Below are positions 9,649-19,149 of a stretch of 64,000 nucleotides of DNA, one piece after another. Below the pieces are notes generated by a model. That model searched no databases. It worked only from the letters and a program-made list of their open reading frames with translations, and was not told where the DNA came from. The position numbers were made by a program, and so were the translations under genes. Source of the stretch: a virus; IMG/VR virus record IMGVR_UViG_3300013767_000188, positions 7,673-71,672 of that record; one strand, written 5' to 3'. Position 1 is the stretch's first letter. Each line of letters opens with the position of its first letter.

Positions 9649-10152
9649 TTACAGGCAGATGAAGTTATAGACCGTCGATGCCAGCGCCGATCCGATAAGC
9701 GTGAACGAGGTTGCGTCGATCGCTCCCATCGAGGCGACAGTGGTTCCGGTCGCCGCGGCGCCCGCCGAGGCCGGGAACGCAACGCAGGACTTCGGCACAG
9801 CGGCGAGTGTCTTCGAGAATCGAACCTTGCAGGTGGTCGTGGTTGCCGCGCCGATCGTGATCTTGCCGGACTGGTTGGTGCCGGTGACCGATCCGTTCGT
9901 GGTCGCACCGCATTCGCCGCTCGCAATCGTCGGAGCACCCGCACTGGACGAGATCTGATCGTTCGCATCGATCGTCGTGGCCTTCACCGACGAGCGGGTG
10001 GTGTTGCCGATCGCCATGCCGTCGATGGTCGACGTCCCGAGGCCAGGAATGTTGATGTCGCCCTTCGACGACGACCACAGGACGAGCGCCGAGGCCGAGA
10101 CGGTGGCCGCGATGAGTGCGGCTACTACTGGAAGAAGCAATTTCTTGAGCAT
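9649..10152 (-). CDS. Hypothetical protein with N-terminal signal peptide
   Basis: MLKKLLLPVVAALIAATVSASA; four Cys; Ser/Thr/Gly-rich. Confidence 0.65.
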   Translation of the reverse strand: MLKKLLLPVVAALIAATVSASALVLWSSSKGDINIPGLGTSTIDGMAIGNTTRSSVKATTIDANDQISSSAGAPTIASGECGATTNGSVTGTNQSGKITIGAATTTTCKVRFSKTLAAVPKSCVAFPASAGAAATGTTVASMGAIDATSFTLIGSALASTVYNFICL

Positions 10153-10166
10153 GGTTCGTCTCCGGT

Positions 10167-10616
10167 TCAGTCCGTTTTCACTTCGAATCCGGCGCTGTTG
10201 ATCATGTCGTTGTGGTGGATAAGCGGCTTGTCGAAGCCCTTCCTAGCGATCGTTGATTCCTTGAGGGGCGGGCTGGTCAGTTCGAGGATCGACTGCTGCA
10301 ACTGGTCCTTGATGCCTTCACCGACGATCATCAAAGTCGCTTCGACGTCATAGTTTTTTTGAACGAGGTTTTCTTCGATGGCTTTGCCCCAAGTGCTACT
10401 CTTGTCAGCGACCATGGTGCGGAAAAACGGTCGCGGCGGGATGCCGCGACTGGGTGCGCCAAATTCGTTTACTGCTGCAACCATCGGAATCGATGTTCCG
10501 TCTGGATACGTCGCGCCTTCGAGAAACCCGACGCGCAATGTCCCGGGCCGGTTGATCTTTGCAGATATGGCTTTCAGCGCGGCCTCAAGCTTGTTGCCGC
10601 CGCTGATGCTGGCCAT
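10167..10616 (-). CDS. Neck / tail-completion protein (HK97 gp10-like)
   Basis: LRVGF, VAAVNEFG, IPPRPFFR, STIARKGFDKPLI. Confidence 0.8.
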   Translation of the reverse strand: MASISGGNKLEAALKAISAKINRPGTLRVGFLEGATYPDGTSIPMVAAVNEFGAPSRGIPPRPFFRTMVADKSSTWGKAIEENLVQKNYDVEATLMIVGEGIKDQLQQSILELTSPPLKESTIARKGFDKPLIHHNDMINSAGFEVKTD

Positions 10617-10619
10617 GGC

Positions 10620-13163
10620 TCAGGTCGCTTCCACGTAGATGTTGATGGTCTGGTCCAGCGTGCGGCCCTGAACCGTGGTGATCGTGTTCACGAACGCATA
10701 GTTCTGGCCGACAACGCCACCGGAGAGCCACACCTTGGTGATGGTCGGGGAGTGGGAATCATTTTCGATGGTGATGCCCGCAGGGGACGAACTCCATATC
10801 GACGTGAGAATGGTGTCGCCGTCGCAAAGCGCCTCGCTCCACACGACATCGTAGTCGTTGACCTCTTCCGGCGACTTCGGCGGCCATTGCAGGTTCATGG
10901 TGTAGCCTCCGCACGGCACCGTGACGGACCTCTTCGGGCGAACGACAATTTTTGAATCCTCCCCCCACGGCACAGTCACCGACCGGCTGACGAACGGGAC
11001 AACGACAAATCTGCAGGCCGGTACAAACGGCGGCACATGCGTCGCGATCAGGCCTCGTCCGGTGAAAGCGGCCTTTGCGCGCGCTGCGAGGCCGACGGCG
11101 AGGGGAGACAGAACAGCCCTGGCCGCGACCTGCGCGCGAGTGCGCGCGCGCATCGCCAGCAGATTGATCTTTGCCGAGAGAGTTGTTCTCGACTTGACCT
11201 GGGCCTGCGATCTTCCCAGCAGTGCGATGAGGCCGGTGAACCTGCTACGCGATTTCACCTGCGCAGCAGACCTGCCCCTGAGCAGCGCGGTATAGTTCGG
11301 CTTTGCATCGGCCCTGAACGCTGCCTTTGCGCGACCGAACAATCGCGCCGCGCCTTCGGGGCGGGCTCTCGCCCTGAACGTCGCTTCGGTTTTACCGAAC
11401 AGCGCCGTTCTTGCCGTGGATCCAGCTTTGCCTGCAACCCGGCTTGCCGTGCGGCCTGACAATCTCGTGGAGCCGGCGATCTGTGCGGCAGACCTGACCA
11501 CCGCTTTCGTCGCTGCGGACAGCGAGAGAGCAAATGGCGTATTGAATGCGGCCGCGGCCTTCACACGCACGGCCGAAACTGCCGCGATGAAGATGGCATA
11601 GGTCGGCAACGCGGCGATCTTCACCGCAGCCTTCGTCGATCCGGTCAGACCGACCACACCAGCCGCCAGCGCCGAGGCCGTGACCTTGATCTGCGCGCGC
11701 GCCTGCAGCACCGCGCCGAAGAAGATGTTGGCGCGGCCTTTCACCTGGGACTGCGTGCGCGCCTGCAGCGGAGTCGTGAACGAACCAGACAAGCGCGCCG
11801 CGACCTGCGCGCGAGTGCGCGCACCGACATTCGTTGCAAAGGAGCCGGTCGCCTTAGCATTGGCCCGCACAGCGCCGGTGCCATAGATGAACTGCGTAAC
11901 CCCGGCGTTCCGCGCCTTCACCTGTGCCTTGGTTGCACCAAGCAGGGACGTTCTTTGCGACATGATCGCGCGCGCGCTGACCATGACTTTCGTGCGGCCG
12001 AGCAGCAGCGTGACGGGCACATAGGTGATGACGATCAGGCCTTGCGCGCCTGCACCGCCGTTTCCGGCGTTGTTCGTCGCACCGCCGCCACCGCCGCCAT
12101 AGAGACCGCCAGCGCCGCCGTTGCGACCGATAGTGCCCGCGCCTAGGCCAGCACCACCACCACCACCGCCGGAGCCGTGCGTCGCGTCGTAATTCGTGCC
12201 GGGACCGCCGTCGCCAGCGATGCCGTTGCCAGAGCCTGCGAAGCCGTTGGAGCCACCGCCACCACCGCCGCCATTCGATCCGGCGACACCGCTCGCGCCA
12301 GCAGTCGTGCCGCCCGCGCCGCCGCCGGTGCCGAGAGGACCATTGCCGCCGTTGCCGCCTGCTGAGTTGGTGCCGGCCGCGCCGTTCGATCCGGCCGATG
12401 AACTTGCACCACCTGCGCCGCCGCCACCGCCTCCGGAGCCGTTGGAAGCGACAGAACTGCCGCCATTCCTTCCCGCGCCATTAATCGATCCGGCACCACC
12501 ACCGCCGCCGCCGCCATTCGTGACGCTGGCACCGTTTCCACCGGTGCCACCATTATTTCCAGATGTTCCGGTGCCGCCCGAGCCGCCAGCGCCGCCCGTC
12601 GAAGGCGATCCGACAAGACCGCGGATGCCGCCATTCGCAATGATGGTCGACGTGTTGAATGTGGTAGCGCCGCCAGACGTGCCGTTTGCATTGTTGGCAC
12701 CGCCAGGTCCGCCAGCGCCGATGGCAACCGGAACGCTAGCGCTCGGCGTGAGGGAGACATTCGATGACGATCGCCACTCGCCGCCACCGCCACCACCACC
12801 GCCCGCGGTGCTGCCGCTGTTTCCGCCCGAACCGCCACCACCACCACCGATACACTCGATGCTATTGTTGGCGTTGTTCCAGTCGGACGGCACGGTCCAG
12901 GTCGTGCCGCTGGTCAGGAAGATGACGACGCTTAGAACCTGCTCGTCGACCGACTTCAGCGAGTTGTCGTTCTTGAGCACCGCGGTCGTGATGACCGCTT
13001 CGCGCTGCTGCTCGCCGGCGCCGGGATGCTTCTGCGTGTCCCGGTACGAGAGTGTAAGAAGCGTGCTGCCTACAACGAGCGTCGCGAGGACGCGCGTGCG
13101 CCGCGCCTTACGGCGTAGTTTAAGCGGGTCGGCCGGATTCCGGTCCTCGCCAACCCGCTTCAT
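10620..13163 (-). CDS. Fibre-like virion protein: Gly-rich domain, ~20-aa Ala/Arg repeats, C-terminal adaptor domain
   Basis: TTWTVPSDWN..IECIGGGGGG...GAQGLIVITY domain; repeat block; C-terminal KSPEEVNDYDVVW...VWLSGG...TITTVQGRT. Confidence 0.7.
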   Translation of the reverse strand: MKRVGEDRNPADPLKLRRKARRTRVLATLVVGSTLLTLSYRDTQKHPGAGEQQREAVITTAVLKNDNSLKSVDEQVLSVVIFLTSGTTWTVPSDWNNANNSIECIGGGGGGSGGNSGSTAGGGGGGGGEWRSSSNVSLTPSASVPVAIGAGGPGGANNANGTSGGATTFNTSTIIANGGIRGLVGSPSTGGAGGSGGTGTSGNNGGTGGNGASVTNGGGGGGGAGSINGAGRNGGSSVASNGSGGGGGGAGGASSSAGSNGAAGTNSAGGNGGNGPLGTGGGAGGTTAGASGVAGSNGGGGGGGSNGFAGSGNGIAGDGGPGTNYDATHGSGGGGGGAGLGAGTIGRNGGAGGLYGGGGGGATNNAGNGGAGAQGLIVITYVPVTLLLGRTKVMVSARAIMSQRTSLLGATKAQVKARNAGVTQFIYGTGAVRANAKATGSFATNVGARTRAQVAARLSGSFTTPLQARTQSQVKGRANIFFGAVLQARAQIKVTASALAAGVVGLTGSTKAAVKIAALPTYAIFIAAVSAVRVKAAAAFNTPFALSLSAATKAVVRSAAQIAGSTRLSGRTASRVAGKAGSTARTALFGKTEATFRARARPEGAARLFGRAKAAFRADAKPNYTALLRGRSAAQVKSRSRFTGLIALLGRSQAQVKSRTTLSAKINLLAMRARTRAQVAARAVLSPLAVGLAARAKAAFTGRGLIATHVPPFVPACRFVVVPFVSRSVTVPWGEDSKIVVRPKRSVTVPCGGYTMNLQWPPKSPEEVNDYDVVWSEALCDGDTILTSIWSSSPAGITIENDSHSPTITKVWLSGGVVGQNYAFVNTITTVQGRTLDQTINIYVEAT

Positions 13164-14021
13164 TTAGGCAGCGGTCGCAACCAGCGCAGATGCAGCGAAG
13201 GATGCCGTCACGCCGCTTGGGATCGACTGCTGCGTGATCTTGCGGACATTGCCCGATCCGGTCGACGACGTGTTGACGCCGACGTTGAAGCTGTCGGTTG
13301 CCGCGCCAGCGACGGTCTGGATGGTGTTGCCCGGCGTGAGGCCGGTCGGAGCCGTGCCGCCATACTCGACCGAAAACACCACGTTGTCGCCGTTCGCGTA
13401 GCCGTTTGCCTTCGCGGTGAAGACGCCCGGCGATGCGGACGTGATCGTACACGGCAGCCAGTTGAAGTTGCCGAGCCAATCCCACAACAGCAGGTTGCCC
13501 GAGTTCAAGGCGTCATAGAGGCCCCATGACACCACCGTGCCCCAGTTCGCCGTAGCGGCCGGTAAGGTGATGATCGCGCTGTTGGTCAGCACCGATGGCG
13601 ACGCAGAGCTTGCCGCGCTGAACGCCGAGAAGTTGATCGTTGCACCGTTGCCGACGCCGGCACCTGTCGCATTGGCGCTCATCGTGACCGTGGTGGCGGT
13701 CTTCGACAGCACCGTCGTGCCGGCTGAAATCGTCGACGGAGCGGAAGCGTTGTAGACCGTCATGCCCGGCACGATCCACGCCGGGACCGAGGCGAAGTTC
13801 AGGACCGCGTTGCCCGCTGCCGTGGTGTTGTTCGTCGCCGCGTTGCCACCGACCTGCACGCGGGCATACGAGCCGCCGCTGACTTCGGTGAAGCCTGTAC
13901 CGTCGTCGGCACCCGACGCGGTGAACAGCGCCATGAAGACGGAGGGGAGAGCCGGCTGCGCCGTCAGACCCGCGATCCAGTTCATTTCGTTCTGAGCGGT
14001 GTAGGTTGAGAGTCCGGTCAT
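13164..14021 (-). CDS. Fibre/whisker-associated structural protein
   Basis: FMALFTA..FTEVSGGSYARV, ATANWGTVVSWGLYDA..SGNLL with beta-rich inserts. Confidence 0.65.
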   Translation of the reverse strand: MTGLSTYTAQNEMNWIAGLTAQPALPSVFMALFTASGADDGTGFTEVSGGSYARVQVGGNAATNNTTAAGNAVLNFASVPAWIVPGMTVYNASAPSTISAGTTVLSKTATTVTMSANATGAGVGNGATINFSAFSAASSASPSVLTNSAIITLPAATANWGTVVSWGLYDALNSGNLLLWDWLGNFNWLPCTITSASPGVFTAKANGYANGDNVVFSVEYGGTAPTGLTPGNTIQTVAGAATDSFNVGVNTSSTGSGNVRKITQQSIPSGVTASFAASALVATAA

Positions 14022-14051
14022 CGAATGATCCCTGTCAGTGACGAGTTGAGG

Positions 14052-14486
14052 CTAATAACCGTATCCAGGAGGGCCGACCGTGCCTCGCCCGCGCAGGTTT
14101 CCGACGTAGCGCGCTCGCCTGAACGGCGCTGTCGCGCTCCAGTACATCGCGCCGTATTGGGTTTGGATGAACCATGCCATCTGTTCAGAGACATTGTTCG
14201 AGTAGGCGGCTTGCACCGAAACGGAGCCTTCGGTGGCGCTGTTGATGCGGCCGACAAGCCCGCCGGAGCCGCCGGTCGTCGGCGGCGCGAACAGCTTGGC
14301 GATATGAGCGGTCAGCATGTTGAGCAGCGCCAGCTGCTGGTCCGCGGTGTTGACCGGTCCGCCGCCATCGTTGCGATGGATCGTCGTGGCGATATCGAAG
14401 TAGCCTTTCGCCTGCGGAAAGCTGACGCGGGTCATACCGTAGAGCGATTGCCAGAGGCCGTAGTCAAATTGAACGACTACGCCCAT
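14052..14486 (-). CDS. Head-tail connector (DUF4054-like)
   Basis: LLNMLTAHIA, VGRINSATEGSVSV, WFIQTQYGAMYW. Confidence 0.85.
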   Translation of the reverse strand: MGVVVQFDYGLWQSLYGMTRVSFPQAKGYFDIATTIHRNDGGGPVNTADQQLALLNMLTAHIAKLFAPPTTGGSGGLVGRINSATEGSVSVQAAYSNNVSEQMAWFIQTQYGAMYWSATAPFRRARYVGNLRGRGTVGPPGYGY

Positions 14487-14513
14487 GGCAATGCTCCGCG
14501 TGGTTCAGGCGAG

Positions 14514-15020
14514 TTAGGCGACAGCCGCTTCGAGTTTGCCGTCGGTTACCTGATCAGCGCCGGATCTGGCGATGCGTTCGTCCTTGAAGACCTGGCGGCC
14601 TTCCTTGACGGTCAGGCTTACGTCCAATGCCTCGACGCCGCTCTTGATCTCGGCTCGCTCTTTGGCCCAGCCGAGCACCTTGTCGCGGCTTTCGTCGCCG
14701 TAAATCAGAAAATTCCTGACGAAGGGCGAATCCTGATTGTCCTTCATGAACTGCTTGAAGATTTTTGCGTCCACGCCTTCGGTAATGGCATAGCCACCGA
14801 CAACCTCGACGTGACGGATAAAGACCGATGGTACCGTGGGGCCTTTGATGCGAATGCGCGGTCCAGTCGGCCGGAACACTTTCACCTTGCGAGTGCCGCC
14901 GCCCAGAATGTTCTCGTTTACCGAGCTTTCAATGCGATCCCGAATTATGATGCCGTGCGGCAGCTTGCAGGCGACGGTGACAGTGCCGGATTCCGGCAGT
15001 TCTTCTTTCGCGGTCGACAT
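14514..15020 (-). CDS. Hypothetical head-associated protein
   Basis: VTVACKLPHGI, GGYAITEGVD; follows major capsid gene. Confidence 0.7.
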   Translation of the reverse strand: MSTAKEELPESGTVTVACKLPHGIIIRDRIESSVNENILGGGTRKVKVFRPTGPRIRIKGPTVPSVFIRHVEVVGGYAITEGVDAKIFKQFMKDNQDSPFVRNFLIYGDESRDKVLGWAKERAEIKSGVEALDVSLTVKEGRQVFKDERIARSGADQVTDGKLEAAVA

Positions 15021-15056
15021 AACGGTGAACTCCTGACTGTTTGATGTTGAACTGCT

Positions 15057-15076
15057 GGGGCGGCATAAGCCGCCCC
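15057..15076 (-). terminator. Stem-loop downstream of major capsid gene
   Basis: GGGGCGGC-ATAA-GCCGCCCC perfect 8-bp stem; weak U-tract. Confidence 0.5.
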
Positions 15077-15088
15077 GTCCTGTTGACG

Positions 15089-16177
15089 TTAGACGCCGAC
15101 CATCGACGAAAATGCGATGGGCATGCGGATAACAGCGCCGAACGTGCCGGCCGTCTTCTTCTGCTTGTACGACGACGTCGCTCGGATGATCGGATGAGCA
15201 CGGAGCTTTTCGTTGAAGGCGCAGAATCCGGTCTTCTGAGCCTTGATCGTGGTCGCGATCATCTGGATGAAGTTGCCAGCTGCCACGCCCTGCGGGTTGT
15301 CCGGCGTGAGTTCGCCGTACTGGACCGCAGTGACGACGCGAAGACCTGGGAAGTTTTTCTTCAACAGGTCCTCTACGTTGACGGCGAACGCGTTGGTGAA
15401 GGTCAACGCAACCTCCGACGCCGGCGACATTGCCAGCGTCAGCGGGGTCTTTTTGTCGACCATGCCGTTGTTCTGCGCGACAAGCTGCTGATAGATCGCG
15501 ACGATATCGTTATAGACCTCGTTCGCCGTCGCGTTCGGGTGGCCATCGGCGGTGAACCATCCGGTACCGCCGTTTGCCTTTACCGCTGGCGCCAGAGGAG
15601 CGCCGAGGTTCGGATCGTTGAGAAGGCCATAGTTCTCAAGGCCCTCGACGCCGTAGAAGTATGACAGGTTCGAGAACCGATTGAGACCGTCGGCCGCCGC
15701 TGCATCGAGGGCACCGATGAGATTGAGACGGCCGATACCGGCGCGCTCGATCTCAAGGTCGCCGTACTCCATCATCACCTGAAACAGGTACGACTGGCGC
15801 TGGGGCCAGTTGGTGTTGACGGATGCGCGGCCGTTTTCGTTGAAATCGCCGTAGGTCGACACCTCGACGGTGTGTTCGACGGTCTGGAACATCGCGGTCT
15901 GCGTCGTCCAGTCGCCCTTGCGTTCCTCGCCGATGACTTCGGCGGCTTGCGTCGGCGCGAACAGGATGTCGTAGATGGCCGGATCGATGAACGTGGTCAG
16001 CCACGACGGGATGCCGGCGTTTGCCGCGGTCTGCAGATCGGGCTGCGCGTCCATCGCGAGATAGTTGCCGCGCAACTCTTCAGTGATGTAGGCGCGCACG
16101 CCGGGCGTAATCACGCCCAGGCGCTCGAACATTGCGGAGTCGCGGGCGTAGGACTCCATCGCTTCGTTAAGTCTCAT
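15089..16177 (-). CDS. Major capsid protein (DUF2184-like)
   Basis: 362 aa; AMDAQP, KGDWT, YGD, YGLLNDPNL, QKKTAGTFGAVIR. Confidence 0.9.
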   Translation of the reverse strand: MRLNEAMESYARDSAMFERLGVITPGVRAYITEELRGNYLAMDAQPDLQTAANAGIPSWLTTFIDPAIYDILFAPTQAAEVIGEERKGDWTTQTAMFQTVEHTVEVSTYGDFNENGRASVNTNWPQRQSYLFQVMMEYGDLEIERAGIGRLNLIGALDAAAADGLNRFSNLSYFYGVEGLENYGLLNDPNLGAPLAPAVKANGGTGWFTADGHPNATANEVYNDIVAIYQQLVAQNNGMVDKKTPLTLAMSPASEVALTFTNAFAVNVEDLLKKNFPGLRVVTAVQYGELTPDNPQGVAAGNFIQMIATTIKAQKTGFCAFNEKLRAHPIIRATSSYKQKKTAGTFGAVIRMPIAFSSMVGV

Positions 16178-16247
16178 CTGATGCTCCTTCTAGCCGAGCT
16201 CCGCTCGGTTCGATTGATTGAGGGAAACAGGGGATGCGCGGAGGGGA

Positions 16248-17210
16248 CTAGCCGAGCGGGTGATCGCTGATCTTGATGATCTCTCCGGCAAGACCGGGAG
16301 ACATCGCGATCCATTTGGTTTCGACGGTGTCGGCGGTGTTGATCGCGCCGGAACCGACGGTCTGGGTCTTGTTGACGATGTAGGTACCGGCAAGGCCAAG
16401 ACCGGTGCCGACGTCGGTGATGATCGTGCCCGCAGCGGTGCCGCCGCCAGAAACCGGCTGGCCCTTGGCGTAGATGCCGGCGACGGTGCCACCGATGGTC
16501 AAGAGGCCATAGGTGCCGCTGATCAGCGTCGCGGTGACGTTCTGCTCAGGGATGCTGACCGCGTACCGGCCGAGACCGCGCAGAGCTTCACCCGGCAGCA
16601 ACGGCAGCAGCTGCTCGACGATGGTGGTGCCGGTTGCAACGCCGGTGCCGGTGAGCAGTGAGCCGTTGTAGAGCACGCCGGTCAGCGTGTCGGTCGCGGT
16701 GAAGACGTTGCCCTGGATGTTGCCGTTGGCCGAGTTCGTGCCAGCGGCGATCGTGGACGCGGTCGACGTGCCGCCGCCGGATGGCGATCCGGTTGGAGCG
16801 AACGACACGCTGCCGTCGCGCACGTTTGCATAAGCCTTCATGCCGATGAGGGCCTGATTGGCGCCACGGTTCTTAACGAGGAAGTCGCCGCCGTTCATCA
16901 GCGTGACGCCGAAACCCGACGGAATGATCATGCTGGATTCCTGCAGATACTGCGTCAGCAGGGCCTGCATGTTGCGGGTGACGAAGCCGGTCACCGGACC
17001 GGCGCCGAAGCTGTCAACGATGGCTGGCGCACCCTCGGAGTCGACGGCCTGCATGCTTGCCCATGCGAAGCGGCCGATCTTCACGCCTTCGAGGCCTGCG
17101 ATGAACGCACCGGCACCGGCGATGACCGAGAAACGCGGATTCGCGCTCGCGAAATCACCTTCGACGCCGATGGCCGGCTGAACGGTTACTCTGGTCTGGA
17201 AGCCAGTCAT
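16248..17210 (-). CDS. Capsid decoration / cement protein
   Basis: MTGFQTRV..IGVEGDFASANPR, GRFAW, GGDF, VETKW; precedes capsid gene. Confidence 0.8.
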   Translation of the reverse strand: MTGFQTRVTVQPAIGVEGDFASANPRFSVIAGAGAFIAGLEGVKIGRFAWASMQAVDSEGAPAIVDSFGAGPVTGFVTRNMQALLTQYLQESSMIIPSGFGVTLMNGGDFLVKNRGANQALIGMKAYANVRDGSVSFAPTGSPSGGGTSTASTIAAGTNSANGNIQGNVFTATDTLTGVLYNGSLLTGTGVATGTTIVEQLLPLLPGEALRGLGRYAVSIPEQNVTATLISGTYGLLTIGGTVAGIYAKGQPVSGGGTAAGTIITDVGTGLGLAGTYIVNKTQTVGSGAINTADTVETKWIAMSPGLAGEIIKISDHPLG

Positions 17211-17297
17211 GTGGAGGTATCCTTTCGGAAAAAGCGGGGTGGACGCCGGACGCAAAAGCCTCCGGCGCTATGTCTGTCTGGACCGTAGTGTTGGGGT

Positions 17298-19130
17298 TTA
17301 GGCGCTGACGCGGATCTTGGACGCGTGCGGGAAGCGTTCCGCGAAGCTCTTGGTCTGAGCCGCGTCCATGGCGAGGGTCGTTTTCTTCTGCTGACCGACG
17401 CCCGGCACCGGGATGGCTTCGAGGATGATCGGCAGCGCGGCATCGTCCTTGACCGCGGTGACGTCCTTGCCCATCGCAGTGAGGACGTGACGGTAGACCG
17501 CGCCGGCGCTGTCAAACGCCATCACGAGGCTGCCGACATACGGGCGCACCTTCTCGCGCGCCTCGGTGATGGCCTGCTGGTTCTTGCGTTCGCCCGCGAT
17601 CGCCTGATCGGTTGCGAGTTTGATGCGCTCGTCCATCGCCTTCTTTTCGTCCTCGTCCTTCTTGGCGGCTTCGTCAGCGGCCTTCTTGTCGGCCGCCTTC
17701 TTGTCCTTGGCTTCCTTTTTCAGCCGCGCCGCCTTTTCCTCTTCGGTTTCGGTCTCTTCGTCCTCGGCGGTCTCGTCGTCATCCATGTCGCCGTCTTCCG
17801 CCTTTGCGTCCTTCTTGTCGTCCTTGTCCGGGAATTCGTCGGCGCCGGCGACCTCGGTCTTTTCGATCATGTCGATGACCTTCTCCAGGCCGTCGAGCGA
17901 TGCGTCCTGCGCGAGCTTGCCTTCGACAGACTTCGTGACAAAGGCGGTGAGGGTGCCCTTCTTCTTCGCGAAGTTCTTGGCGTTGATGCCCTTGAGGCCT
18001 GCGCCAAGGTCAATCTTCGCGTCCATCGCGAGCAGCGGCTGGAGGTAAACCATCAAAGCGCCCTGAGCGACGGTAGCCTTGCGGGACAGGATGTTCTTAG
18101 ACATTGCAAATCTCTCCTGAATTGCTGGGTTGACTGAATCACCAACCACGACGTCCGATCCGGCGCGGCCTTCTTCGACGAGTGCAACGTGGTTGCCTTT
18201 GATGTCACGCATGACACCGTCGTATTTCTGCCCCTCAAATACTCCGGGGGTCATATCGGCGCGGTATCGGTACGCGCTCGACAGTTCCTTCTTTTTCTCT
18301 GACTGAACTGCGTCGATGCCCTTCTTCGCCCAGACAACGAGGCTGTTGCGCAGGAAGGGGTGGGCATACTCGGCATCGGTGCCCGTCGATCCGACGATAT
18401 GCTCGGGCTTGTGGCTTTCCGCACTGACCGCGACGTGCTGATCGAGCAGCGGGATGTTGTTGAAGGTGTGCGCTGCCTTGCGTAGCTCTTCCGGATCTCG
18501 CAGCAGCTGGTAGACGCGGCCAGGCTCTAGACCGAGTTCCTTGAAGTTCGGAATCTCGTGGCCGAAATACGGATTGACCGTCGCCTTGCTGATGTTGCTG
18601 ACTTCAACGTGCATGTTGCCGTTGGCGTCGATCGAGCGGACCGTCGCAGTGGCGCGGTCGAAGGCGAGGCCCTGACGCAGCTGCTGCTCTCCCGTCATGA
18701 TCGACCGGTCGAACGCCATCGCGGCGTCCATCGCATGCGGCTTCACGATGATTTCGGCGCACCGCTCGATGGTGCCTTTGACGGCTGGGTGCATCGGCTC
18801 CGGCAGCATCTCGCGCGGTGCCCACGCGTAGCCCGAATGCTCGTCGTTGAGCACCGGAACGAACTTGGCGTCGACGCGATGCGCAAAGGTGTAAAAGGTC
18901 CACCCGTTCGGCGTCTCACATTCGTCGATCTGGACACGCGAACCGGGAGGCGTGAGGCCGATTTCCTCGAGACATTCGCGGACGGCGCACTGGTCCGGCG
19001 TCTCGCCGTCCTCGGCACCGCCACCGGGCAGAGCCCAATGACCGCCGAAGTTCTTCTCAGCCGTCGACCGCCGCAGCAGCAGGATATCGCCATCTGGAGC
19101 GATATACATGACGCCGGCGGCGATCTTCAT
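17298..19130 (-). CDS. Nudix hydrolase fused to DUF2213-type prohead protease and scaffold
   Basis: Nudix box GGAEDGETPDQCAVRECLEEIG; KELSSAY and GNHVALVEEGRAG protease motifs; acidic scaffold tail. Confidence 0.85.
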   Translation of the reverse strand: MKIAAGVMYIAPDGDILLLRRSTAEKNFGGHWALPGGGAEDGETPDQCAVRECLEEIGLTPPGSRVQIDECETPNGWTFYTFAHRVDAKFVPVLNDEHSGYAWAPREMLPEPMHPAVKGTIERCAEIIVKPHAMDAAMAFDRSIMTGEQQLRQGLAFDRATATVRSIDANGNMHVEVSNISKATVNPYFGHEIPNFKELGLEPGRVYQLLRDPEELRKAAHTFNNIPLLDQHVAVSAESHKPEHIVGSTGTDAEYAHPFLRNSLVVWAKKGIDAVQSEKKKELSSAYRYRADMTPGVFEGQKYDGVMRDIKGNHVALVEEGRAGSDVVVGDSVNPAIQERFAMSKNILSRKATVAQGALMVYLQPLLAMDAKIDLGAGLKGINAKNFAKKKGTLTAFVTKSVEGKLAQDASLDGLEKVIDMIEKTEVAGADEFPDKDDKKDAKAEDGDMDDDETAEDEETETEEEKAARLKKEAKDKKAADKKAADEAAKKDEDEKKAMDERIKLATDQAIAGERKNQQAITEAREKVRPYVGSLVMAFDSAGAVYRHVLTAMGKDVTAVKDDAALPIILEAIPVPGVGQQKKTTLAMDAAQTKSFAERFPHASKIRVSA

Positions 19131-19149
19131 CTGCGTTGATCTCGCTCGG

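Noticed and set aside
11120-11825. ~24-bp direct repeat (CGCGACCTGCGCGCGAGTGCGCGC) suggesting a DGR template/variable pair or CRISPR
   Set aside because: Only two copies, both within protein repeats (ARTRAQVAAR); no adenine-specific variation, no reverse transcriptase, no spacers
12196-13167. 323-aa proline-rich ORF on +
   Set aside because: Antisense shadow of the GGC/GGT codons of the glycine-rich fibre gene
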